NCBI RefSeq assembly: GCF_001949145.1
Contig: NW_019091361.1
Coordinates: 3,187,854 to 3,251,853 of the forward strand
Reading direction: 5' to 3'
Source of the DNA: Acanthaster planci
Lineage: Eukaryota
DNA: 64,000 nt
The notes under the pieces are model-generated. The model ran no database searches, had not been told where the DNA came from, and saw nothing but the letters and a program-made list of their open reading frames with translations. Made by a program: the position numbers and the translations under genes. The first letter of the stretch is position 1, and every line of letters begins with the position of its first letter. Below are positions 1-12,356 of the stretch, piece by piece.

Positions 1-3000
1 TCAGACCGAAATAATGTGTGTGAGAAAACATTGTTCAAATCACCACAGAACGGAATATACACGAGACAGCCAAATTTCTCAAAACTCTGGTAAATTATAG
101 TGTACAGATACTATGTAGCCGCTTAACCAATATTTCTTGCTAAAATGGCATCCCATTTGCCTCATAAATAGCCGTGTTACCATAAAAATCGTAACGTATT
201 TAACATGGAAAAATTGTAATTGAAATCCATTTGANACATTAAAATTTCACCCAATATTACATTCTAGAGAAACATATCCCAATGAATTTATTTGCGGTCC
301 CACGTATTTTGAAAGTAATTTTAAAATGAATTTGCATTCAGATGCAGCATTGTGACGACAAGTTGGGGACATGTCGTGAGTTAGCTACGGAATCTCATTG
401 AAGACACTTCGACCAAGCAATCCATACCTCCTTTAGAGTGAACTTAAAGTAAAAAAAAAAAACGGAACCTGCTTTTTCAGCCATATTTTCTTTTTTTAGC
501 ACCATGGTTGTTGAAAAAAGGCTATCGCAATATTAGGCCTTAAAAGTAAATTTCTGAATTCGAGACACATGTGCCCGTAATATGCCTGCGTTGTGAAAAA
601 AGCCAAAATCCCTTTTGCTTATTTTTTTACATTTAGATTACAACCGGGGAGAAACGAATCAAGCTTATCACTTATCACGTGCATCTAGCGTATTGCCCTT
701 GGGTCTTCTGTCAGTGCACAGCAATATAATTCGCAATTTTGTTTCAAGAAACATTCCCCTTTATTTTCCTCTTAAAGTAGAAATGCACATCGGCCGGTCG
801 GCCCTCGATTAAACGCGACAGCACTCCCCGAAAACAACCTTATTTTTTCAAACGATTGCACCCGAATCAGCTCCCGCAGTAGTAATGGCAGCCGACGTGA
901 AAGGCACATCCATGCCTGATCCGAGGGCAAACAAAGAACCAGTTGGGGAAACACGCGTGGTGGGCTCTGGGTGACGTTGTTGGTGTGCTGGGATCAGACA
1001 ACTAATTACTGCCCTGGGGACGGTGAGGGAACCATGTCGTGTTTGTCTCTGGCTAACAAATTGGTCGAACTGGCTGCCTGTCACTGGGCTTGAGTCGTTC
1101 ATTGAATCTGACAATGACGGAGGTAATAATGACCGCTATTTACGAAGCGATCCGGGCGCGATGCATTGGTAATTTTGAGTGGGATTGGTCTTAGGTTTTT
1201 TTGGAGTGACGTTTGGCAGCGACTGACGACGATGTAGCCTGAGGGCGCAATATTTATTTTATTAATTTCTTGAATTACGCGCGGAGTTCGAGTTGGCAAA
1301 AACTGGAACTTTTTTAATGCCGATATGGCATAAAATTCGTACTGCAGTGGCTGGTTTTTGTTGCTGCTATGTGCTGGGCTCATGGTCAAGATTTCTCGCA
1401 AGTTCAAATTTCATGTATTTTAGATGTGGCCTCCGCTACACTCCTCGTTAAATTTGCCAGAACCGCACATACATATGTGTACCTAAAAAATCGATTGTCT
1501 GGCACAAAATGCACGACATTCCATTTCCTACTTTCCATCACCAAAATTATTCTCTCAGTACTTAAATTTGCCACAATTGACCCGAACGTTTTCATTCGGT
1601 TTGCAGTATCTCTTATATACTCTTATAAGATTTGCGCATTACGTTGACGTCACAGGGGCCGTCATTGTGGTGCTAGGGCCTCGTTGGATGCAAGCTCAGT
1701 TATCCTTCGATCCATGTTGCATTGTGGGACAACAATTATTCATGGCTACTGCCCTTATCCTCCATGACGTGACCTGTAGAATGGGCTCGTGTTGATAGCG
1801 TGGGCACGTCAAGCCATTCGTACTTAGGCACGCGACCGGTGACAGAGCAGAGCGCTGTACGCGGCTATGTATAATTCGTACTCACCCGTACATCCGCACC
1901 AGGGAAGCATTAATTTTTCCCCGGTGCCCTGGAGCGTACACGTATCCCCTGTCGGCTTGGTATATGTAGTTTGTCTCTGCGTGTGCCTCCATCTTTGATG
2001 GCGAGTCATTATTTGCGTGTTTGGCACTCGACTACTTCTATCATTATCAGCCTTACGACGCCACAGGGTGTGAGAGAGGTACAGACAAAAAGAACAAAAA
2101 TCTGCTTAGGGTGTCAGAAGTGTATTCACGCGTGCAAAATTAAGTGAGGTACCATGTAATCTCGTATTAACACTCAAATCTACTGTGAACTGCAGAAAAT
2201 TTCATATCCAGCAACCTTATCTTTTTCACCTGTTTGATTGGCAGCTATTAACACTTGTCTGTTTCTTCGGGAAAAAAGCATCGGTTACGAATGATAAGTG
2301 ACATTTCAGTCCTTTTATGAGCGTGTGTGAGTTTCTTGAGGTCCATTGTATCATCTCTTTTATAGATATAAACATGAGCATACTCAATACGGAAATAAAT
2401 TCCAAATATCTTCGGTATTTCTGTAATATTGATAGTTGAGATGATGATTTCATTTGTTTTTCTTGATTCCAAGGGCAGTTCTCTCTCGTTTCTTTTATGG
2501 AAACGATAGTTTGGCCATTTTCAATTAATATTTTTATTCTGCCGGGGAATATTCTCCAGTCTCGACGTATCTCATTAACCAACAAACAAAATAACTGTTG
2601 ACAATTTGAAAATGCTCTGTAAAAAATGCAACCTCTTTTCCGATTGCACAATTATCCCACTTTTCTGTCAGCCATTTACTGATTGTTCAAGTAAACAGCA
2701 AAACCAGGTGTCGTTTTATCTCACTACAAATGATTGATTGTTATGCGAGGATTCTTGGCGCGTAAGTTTCGCACCTTTCAGGTCGGGACCTGCGCGCTTG
2801 TGCTTGCTCATCATTGTCATGGGCACGTATTCTTTGTGAGAATACTTGAGGATTCACGGTGTGCGGCTTTCGGATCGTTGGGCCCTCGCTTCACGGTTCA
2901 CGCCATGACGAAGGTACGTGATCTGAGAAGGGAGTTAGCCAAGACTGAGTTCTAGGCATTATGTGGATGGAATTCAGGGCTTCAGCAAAATAACACCATC

Positions 3001-5540
3001 CTTCAGCGGTCGTGTTCCCTGTCCCTTAGATCGTCTCGGGCGTGTAAGATTTCTTGGTATGAGGCCTGTTATTGAAGCAGGGTTATTGAAGACCTTTGCG
3101 TTAGGTTGTCGTAATCATAGTGTGCAATTTTTCACCATCAGCTTTACAGTCAGGTTACCAGCGTAGGCGACAAAATTTAATGTGCGCATGTTTCTCGGTA
3201 GTTCAAAGAACTGTTCCGTCAGTCGTATACGCGGGATAGTTAATGAGGTTGTTGATACGTGTGTTCTATAGAATCTGCACATGTAGGCCCGCAGATCTCT
3301 TCTAATAATCGGAAGGAAAAACTCCTTCGAGATGTCTCCATTATCCTTTTGCTTAAACATTACACTGCATGATAAAAAAAAAGAGGTGATACTTCTTACC
3401 GAATTCAATAACTGTATGAAACAGAACTTACATTTTATGGTTCTGTGTTCCTATCTCCTTGAAAAACAGTATAAAGTATGGGCGGGTTTTTTTTTCGTTT
3501 GGATAGGTTTTCTACCATATGTGCGTAGGATTTGTGAGACGATCGACATTTGGTGTTGTTTTTGAAAAGTAATTTTTTAAACTTAGACCCAATTAAACTT
3601 AAGATGTACTCACACAAATACCACTCGACTTTTGCTCTTATTCCCAGCTTTTAGGAAAGATTAACACTGTTTCCTCACGATGTAAATAAGTTCGAAAAGC
3701 TAGTGAGGATCACACGGGCTGTTTCCTTTTCAACCTCAGAAGTTGGACAGAAAGAAAGCCCTCCACAGAGCTGCGTATGAATTTTGGAAATATACCGTAA
3801 GGGTTTTCCGTATGCCTGCCTCGGGCACATAAAGTCGTGTGCGGCAGGAATGCCCGGTGGGAATCGATGACATTGTCCCGTAGACATTTCATTTTTTTTT
3901 CTCTCCTAAAGGTTCAATTGACAGCCGGCTGTGCCGTATGTTTGCAGTGCATTGTCGTCAGTTGGGGGCAATGTCTGACATGACTGATCCCCATGGAGTG
4001 CTTTGGTGTACAGTTACCCATAGCTGGTTGCCCGTAGCCGAGAGGGGGGAACTTTTATTTTCCCGGACTGATGAGGCATTTCCCGACTTTGTTATATGCA
4101 TCTCATGATCCTCTAGGGCCCTAGTTCCGCGAAAATGTATCCTTGCTTTGTGAATGCATGAACGCAATGACCGCAAAGTCTCTGTACGTACTAGGAATGT
4201 CCCGCCATTACCATGCAAATGGAGAGAAGAAGTCTGACAAACAAAGATGAAAAGCAGCAGAAAGCTCTGTTTAGAGATTAAACAGTTGATGTGTACATTT
4301 CAGAATTATGTTTGGTTTTCATCGGATCTAAAATTGCAAGCCTATGTCAAACGTTTCACTCAAAGCCGTGGGTTTGTATATTTAGTGACAATTTGAACAG
4401 TCGATAAATTCTTTGTGCAAACAAATCGGAGATGCACTAATCTGAAAAGTGTTAAATCCATGTGTATTCATAGATCAATTTCTTCTACATTCCCCTGATG
4501 TTAAGAAAATCTTGTTTTCCACTAGTGCCATGAAAGCAGGTCAGTGCATTATAAGCACCTGAGCTAAAACAGTGGCCATGTTAAAAGCCCACGACAGTTC
4601 AAATCAAATATGTCAGGCAAACATTCTGAGAATTTTTAAGGGCCGAAATGGTCCGAATCCAGGAAGCATTTTGAAATGGCGGAACAGCGTTGAAGGAGCC
4701 GTGTCTTGGGGGAAGTGTTAGCAAAAGCGGCCAGATGCAGATCTCTCGGCTTGAGACTTGTATTTGAGCGGAACTCTTCGACGTGAAGAAGGTGGGCTTT
4801 TTCCTGTCCGTGTGCTTGTGACGTCATCCGAAGCAGGACCGGTAACTCTGGCAACAGATGAAGGGATGCGTGTGATGCACGTATGCTTCGAGGACACCGC
4901 CAGAACGCGCGCTTATGACCCCACGGGCGCTCGTGACCACAAAACGCCAAAAAATACTGAAGCAGAATACGTTGTTGACATTCCCCAACCCTAAATTCAT
5001 AACGTTTTCCGCGACAAGTACAAAACCATTACCTTCGATGTTTCTGCCTTTGGCTTCGGGATGGAATCAAACTTCACATACGAAATTTTGGCTGGAGTAA
5101 AGCAGCACTTATTGTTCATAATGACAAAGGGTGGCGCAATATGCAATAGGCCTATACTTTTTGCCATTAATATCTGTTATTTATATCGTCTCTCAAGACC
5201 AGCCATACTTAAAGCCAGCACTCTGGCGAATGCTTAAGAATTCGGAACAAAAAACTCCTGGCCTTGAGAGCCTCAAAAGCCGAGATCGATGAATCCGTTG
5301 ATTGCACGATGTGGGTTCGCTTCGAATCTGCATGCCTCGCGGCTGTCCACTTTGCCGCGATTAAAGTTTAAGAACAGTCCCTTGATTTCCGTCAGTCCCT
5401 GCAGTGTGTTGAAACGTTCAAGGATTCGCATTTTGCTGTCGGTACAAATCCGTAACACGACGGCATAAATTGCCACGATTTCTACACGTGGTCAAATTCA
5501 TTTCTTACATTTTTTTAAATCCCCTTTTCTTTCTCTCTAG

Positions 5541-5610
5541 GCTTAGGAAAACGAAGTTAGATCAAAGAAAGTTAGCGGACGAGGCTAGTACGGTCGTCGA
5601 CATGGCAAAG
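5541..5610 (+). CDS. KCNN: Small-conductance Ca2+-activated K+ channel (SK/KCNN), penultimate coding exon (C-terminal part of the calmodulin-binding domain); upstream exons not found in the window
   Basis: Polypyrimidine tract and TAG acceptor end at 5540; donor AAG|GTGAGG at 5611. The 70-nt exon reads LRKTKLDQRKLADEASTVVDMAK, matching the SK CaMBD motif [23 protein letters not shown]. It splices in phase 0 to the exon at 17506. Confidence 0.9.
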
Positions 5611-6357
5611 GTGAGGATGCGTGATATGTACGATTGTAGTCAGTAGTAGATAATGATGAAACTTCTTTTCCACATCCAGTTTCGAACTGTAAAACCCTTA
5701 TGGCATCTCAGGGACAGGTTTCTTTCTGGTTGTCATCCTGTTAGAAGCTCGACTCCATTTTCTTAACTTGACATAAGCCTGTTCAGCCAAAGCGCCCACA
5801 GCTAGGCTGGTCTCATGAAATACGTCGTTCACTGGCATTGCCTTGGTTTACAAAGCTTTCTTGAGAACTTCAACAAAATATTTAAATTCTTCCAAGCTGT
5901 GACATGTGTGATAGAAATGTGAAAATCTGAAGACTGAAAAAACGCCGTGATACTCATTCCCTTTGTGCCTGAATACGTTTCACAGGAAAAAAGATAGAGC
6001 TCAGTCAGGGGAGAAAAGGAGATATCGAGGAAGTTGTGGCCCTTAATCGCTCTCCATACTGCACTCATTTCCTAACAGTATCATTTTTACATGACCGACC
6101 ATCTTTCCCATTCGCTGTATAACTTGAGGCCAGGGCGCTGTCTCCTCGTCCTACACCAAACGTCTGTAGAGGGCGCATTGTCTTATAAACAACATCCAAA
6201 CCTCATCCATCCATCTGATCTAGGCACGTTCCATTTATAATCTAGGCCCAGTTCCCGATGTTGCACTCTTCGCATGTTTTTTACTCACGATTCGCGGTGA
6301 TTGGGTCTCAGTTACAACAACTTTATGGTGTTCATGTAACCACCTGAACAGCGTGTA

Positions 6358-6603
6358 TATGGGTAATTCCAGAAATTAGGGATCCAAAAGTGTGACATTT
6401 TCGTGTCCCTGTTACATCTGACCTTTGTTGGCATGGAAACATCACTGGAATTGATTTCAAACTATTAATATTTATTTGGCAGGCAATTTGCATTAATTCA
6501 TCACTCTTGGAAATTAGAAAATCTATTCTGAACTTATAAAATCATACGTCAGATGTGACAGGGACACAAAAAAATGGACCCCTAATTTCTGGAATTACCC
6601 ATA
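6358..6603. mobile_element. MITE with 24-bp TIRs and TA flanks (Tc1/mariner-like)
   Basis: TATGGGTAATTCCAGAAATTAGGG ... CCCTAATTTCTGGAATTACCCATA, with TA on both sides; second copy at 38492-38620. Confidence 0.85.
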
Positions 6604-9600
6604 TAGATTGAAATATCTGTATGTATGAACGGTTGGTTGTACACAGTGGGCGTATTCGAAACCTGTTCTTGTGTCGGATAAACACGAGATCAGAGTTCCG
6701 AATGACCAGAATCAACACGCGAACATTGCTTATAACAGGATTCTCTCTTCCCACTTAACTTACGGGGAAGTGGATGAGGAACGTCAAGAGCAACTATGGC
6801 GGACTAGGCACATACCTCAGCTTGACGTTAATTTTTTAATTTGCTATTTTTTTCCTCATGAAATAGAAATACTCAGGAGGAAAATAAAACCACAGGTTTA
6901 TATACACGGTTGTCGAAGAGAATTTACATTCATCAATGTATATAATAACATGACTATTTTGGATTTAAATTATCGTAAGATCCTAAATATCATCTCATCT
7001 TCGCATTCATTGTTAATACGGCTACTGCTGTCTTGAATTTTTGCCCAACTTCATTCCTCTTACGCTTGGACGTTCGCGATCAGCATCCCGAAAACAATGT
7101 CCGCGAGTCCCTGGACAACAGGGGTTTCGAATACGCCCCCTAATTTAGTCCCTAATAGGAATGACGACGCACGTCAAATCTTCAATACGCGGAGGACGAT
7201 TTAAACAATTTGTGTCAAGAACTAGAAATGAAGTTGCGGGACCCACTTGCTCCACTTTCTGGGCCCTTAATGGACGTGCTTAATTCCACCTGATATATGT
7301 GCTGTTTGAAGTGGCCATTTTGTTTTCCAAGAGGGAGCGGTTGTCGCGCAGCCTTTCCAACAACGCTCTATGCGTATCGGTGCGATAATCACCGTCGCCC
7401 ATTTTACTTGATATACAAATTGACACACTCTGGAAAATAATGTCATAGGCCCCACTCAAAATTGCCACTTATCGATTTTCAGAATGGGTCAGGGACATGG
7501 GCGTTCATAAATTAAGAAAACACTCCCACGGATCATCCCTCCTGACGCTGCTTTTGCCGTTCGGTAATCGAGCGTGCTTTAATTACGCCGTTCGTCGCAG
7601 TGGCGGTGGGCTTCAGCCAGTATTATTGTTAATATTTTAAAGAACGGGCGAAAAGGCCACTTATTTCGGGGTCAGTACTTCAGATTATGGGGATTGACTG
7701 GCATGCACACAGTTTATGCAAACGTCCAGAAAGATCCTTGTGAAGCGCTAGTTGCCTATTGCCATATGCCTCGTGTCTTTTGACTTTTCGTCAAATGGCA
7801 CTTACAAGCTATTGTAATGAAATAATATTTGGGTTAAGTGTTTGGGGGTGATTGTATTAGAAATATTTTTGCGATTGCCTGACAAAATGACACCCCGTCA
7901 CTTCTTAATTCTAGCGATTGACTGAAAATTGACTTTTGATGTATCTTACTGAACACGTCGTTTCTTTGAGTGATATTGCCTTCCCATTCCCGTCTCTTGT
8001 TTCTTCAAGAAAGAAAACAAAAATTCCATCCAGAAAAGCGACATGTGTGGAAAAACCCATTGAATAGCCCCGGGCTCGCAATCAACAGCTCAGACCTTGA
8101 CTATCTAGGAGACCGGTATATGCCTCCATGAAGGATATACACGCTTCACCACTCAACCCTGCAACGCCCGATGAAATTAAAGCTCTCTCGCCCAGTATAG
8201 GTTATCAGTTGGTGAGAAATATAGGACCACGGTTACACGACTGTTTCACTCATAATTTCAAAGCCTTTTTAGCCAATTTTGTTGTGCACAGTGTATTTAT
8301 TTCAAAACATCTTGCCAAGTAATGTTCCATGTTTTCTTTACTCTTCTGCAATATTCATCGATATTTGTCGCTGTCACGACTTTCGTCAGTTCAGGCAATC
8401 AACATCGCCCACGTACTTAAATCCAGGGTCCTGGAATAAGCTAATAATCTGGTACCTGGAACACCAAACGTTTGCTGGAGTTGAAGGGGGTGACACCTTG
8501 CATCTTGCCTTAAACACGATCGTATCGCGTCCCGAATGTTCGCTTTTTTTCCCCCACCCGCCCGCACAACAGCCGCGGCGCGGTGCGCCTTACCAACGCT
8601 AATATAACATACCTGAAGGACAGCCGACCAGCTGCATGGGGTTGGGATGACTGGTCGACAGGACCTGCAGCTGACGGTTCCGTCGACTGATTCTTGAGGC
8701 GCCTGGGCTCTCTGGCTCATCAACAATGTGACAAATCACTTTCCATGCATTCCAAGCCTTGCTGCGCCCCGCCATCTTGACATTTGGAGAGAAATTGTTT
8801 TCGAGCTAGAGGGATCAAGCAACGCGCGCGACTCCCTGGCATGTAGAGCCTAATAAAATGTGCTTGAAGGTGAAGCTCTTGTAATTTTCTCGGAGTCTTC
8901 AATGCTCTTTATAAGGTGTAGAGTGCAAGTGTCGAAAAAATACAAAGTTCAAGTTTTAGCAAGAAAATTGACTAAATTTAAAACAATTCCAAAATCCTTC
9001 CAAACATTAAATTGCTGTCCACACGCTTTTGGCTTGATTTTGAATTATAACAAACCATTAAAGATAAAATGTCTCAAATAACCTAAGACTGGAAATGAAA
9101 ATTTCACTTGTGAACTTATGTCTAACAATGCGTGGAATTGAAAAACATCTAGAATGAAAATACGGCTTATCATCGAAGTGTAAATATTTCTAAAATTGGA
9201 GAGAAGAGTCCGGGCGTAGTTCAAATAAATAATGTAATGATTAAGCTGTGATTTTTTAAAGATATGATTTGTGATGACACTTTTTGTAAAGGAACACAGA
9301 TGTTAAATAGGGCTCACTTCTGCAGCCGGTTATTCTTTGCAGGAAAACCCCTGGGTTCCGTTGGCCCTACTCAATAGCTGGTCCATTTTTAAATGGATGG
9401 GTTTCATTGAAAAGTAACTGAAGGCAGAATGATGTTTGATAGTTTCAGCTGATATTATTTTCAGTCAGTAATCACTCATCAAACTGGACTCGATCTTACA
9501 CCCTTGGTGTTGCTGCAAAAACATCAGTTAATCTTAGCGTATTTTAATTTGTGCAGATTTCTTTGACACGATGCCAACATGCTGAAACTGTCGTTTATTT

Positions 9601-12330
9601 TATACATTCCTAGCATGCAGAGATTCGACCCTTACTCGAATTTGTACCAGTTGGTGCTTGAATTATTCCACAGAGAAGTTAGTGAAGCCCATGTATTGTT
9701 GTACAAATAAATATGCTGCCAACTGTCCTGACCTAATTACTCTCCAACTTTCGGCTGATTTTAAATTATGCAAATAGGTCAAAATGGCGTCGGAAAAACC
9801 TGAGGGCTCGTCGAAGACGAGAGAAAAGAACAACAACGTTGTCAAGTCGCGTCGATGAGCGGGGTTACCGTTACGGAGTGCTTCTCCAGCGGCAAGGTTT
9901 AATCCGCACTCGGCGGTGCATCGCAGAGTGTGTCTTAGAATCGAGTCGCGGTCATCGGAGAATAATTGGAGACGAGCTCACATAGACCGGTCCAAGCATG
10001 CTGGAGAAGGTGAAACGCGCAGAGGTCCCTGGCCGGCCATGCGCCGGATTCGGGCTTGGGTTTCGGCACTCGAGAGGGTGCTAGAGTTGGAGCACGTTTA
10101 CGCGGGTGGCCGTACGTCCCTTGCCTGCCGTCGGGGGTTTTTGGTGACCTGATCCGAGCACACGAACTTGTAGATTCCCACGGGGGCATACACGTCGATG
10201 CGTATGCGTTAAAAACATGTCCGGCTGACCTGTTTGAGTAATATTCAACAAGTTGAGACCTCCCATGCAAAATGAACGGTCGATTTAATCAGCGCTCTTC
10301 CAAAACAAGTGGGATTGGCCTATACAAATTACAGATGTGGGTCGCCAACCTATAGTTGTTGGAGCAATTAGGGGTACAAGTCCAAGTTTCCACATTTTTC
10401 CAAAAAGTGGAGATTATGCAGGAAAAGGAAGAATCAATTGTGCCCCCCCCCCAAAAAAAAGAAAGATTGGGTGGGGACTGTGGAAGACAACTGCCAAACG
10501 AAGTTGACGGAAAGAGGACAGTATAGCGTTATACCGCGAAATTGGTCAACACTTTGTAAGGCTTTCGCAAAGTCAATTATTTCTGGCATGATGCCCTTGT
10601 CGAAAAGGGAGGTCGTGTAAGGTGCTTTCAGCATGAGTAGCTGATGGCGGAAAGCTGTATTATGCATTAAGTCCGGGCGCATAATACTAACCCCGGATCG
10701 CCTCCGGACGTACCCGTGCATGACGGCGGGGGGAAGGGTCTCGACTGACCTCGACTTGGCAGGCCGGAGCGAGGTGGTGTTAATTACCGGGTCTTTTGAC
10801 CAAGCGTGAATGTCATTAGCGGTTAGCACAAACCGTGACAAATTAAGGAGTGCCACATCCATTATTTTCTCAGTAAGCTGCTGTTTCCAACAGAGTAATA
10901 TATTTTGCCTCCTCTTCTCGTCTTGCAGAAATGTAATTGAGACTATATTTGTCCGTGGTTTATCCACAAGAAAGAGGGCGGGGCAAAACCTCCTCCTTGC
11001 ACAGTTCCCAAATTACTGCTTTGCCATGTTTTTACGAATTGAGTATGGTGTTTTTGCACACGTTTTAAAGTTTTGTATCGAATAGCCGTACCCTTTTCCC
11101 AAATTGTAGAAATGTCGAAATGTCGAGGTTTTCCCAGTTTATCACACGTAGGAACAAGTGCTTGCTCGTGGCCCGGTACAAAATAGTTAAGGACATTTTT
11201 ACAGAGCGACTTATCTAATCAAGCTGAAATTCTTCATCTGCAACATAAATTTAAAGAATTACATGGTGAACGTGTCTACAATTTTGCCATCACGTCCAAA
11301 GATCTGAATAGGGCAAAAACCGATCCTTGCTCTTAGGTGTCACACAAAAGGATCCTTCTACAGGCTAAAGTAGGCACAATCTAAAAACTGAAATGCCGAG
11401 AACGTTTAGAGACAGTGTGAGACAGAAAAATACATCTTCTGTACCGCTGCATGCCCATAGCATTCTCAGAGCTATGCACAAGAAAGTTTGAAAACCCCTC
11501 TGAAGCTCTCTTGGAAGCGTTCCAGCGACATTCACAAAACTGAGTTTTAAATGTTTCCGCTGATTCGTCTTATATTTCACGTATTTCCGAAACATCGGGG
11601 GGAAGAGAAAAGTAAAACGAGGAGGATCAGCAGTCAGGAACTGGTGTCGCTTCCTTCTTCCTGTTTTTAAAGGAGACATTTGAGACGCAACTTGCAGTAT
11701 TAAATTTCACTAACTTCAGACATTTTGGTCATCCACTCAGGCTTAAGTCTTTTACCAGACGATTCAAAACCACCGACAAAGGTTTCGATATCAAATTATT
11801 TTAAGAATGTTGTCAAATGTGAAGGCATGTAGCTTGTGCTCGCCGTGTCAGGGTAGGTGATGATTCACCCCCCCCCTTTGGGCCTGGGTGCTACAGAACA
11901 CCGCGTTTCACTTCGAATTTGGATATAGAGACTGACTCTGGTGTATTCATTTCCATCAAAATGCCGTAATTCAATCGAGGACGATGTGCCTCCCTGTTCC
12001 TCTGCCGCCCCGACATTTTTCCATTTCGGCTCCAAAATAAGAACACTGAAAGGAAACATTCAACCCATGTCCACAAACCATGATACGCTGTACCCACCAA
12101 ATCGGGTAAATATAGGCAGGAAAGCCGGCATGAAATATATGTTTGTCGTCTCGATATTAAAGATGGAGGAATTGTTTAGCATGGTGTCCAGTTTCTTTGG
12201 AAGCAATTACTTAGACCTGAGTTGAAGTCCCTTGCTAGTCTCAGCTCTTTCAGACGGCTCTTTCATGCGGCACAAGGCCTTATTATTCGTCGGAAGAGAT
12301 ATTCGCATTTCTCATTGAAAGTATTTCTTT

Positions 12331-12356
12331 TTGTTGTTGTTGTTGTTGTTGTTGTT
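12331..12356. repeat. (TTG)n microsatellite
   Basis: About 8 TTG units. Confidence 0.9.

Noticed and set aside
9880..10200. GC/CpG-rich intronic patch with short ORFs as an alternative SK exon or ncRNA
   Set aside because: The phase-0 reading from the acceptor-like site gives a short, non-homologous peptide, and there is only a 10-bp inverted repeat. It may be regulatory, but the sequence alone cannot support that.
10434..10967. 177-aa minus-strand ORF in the SK intron as a nested gene
   Set aside because: Non-ATG start, no recognisable motifs, ends in homopolymer runs, and no supporting exon structure.
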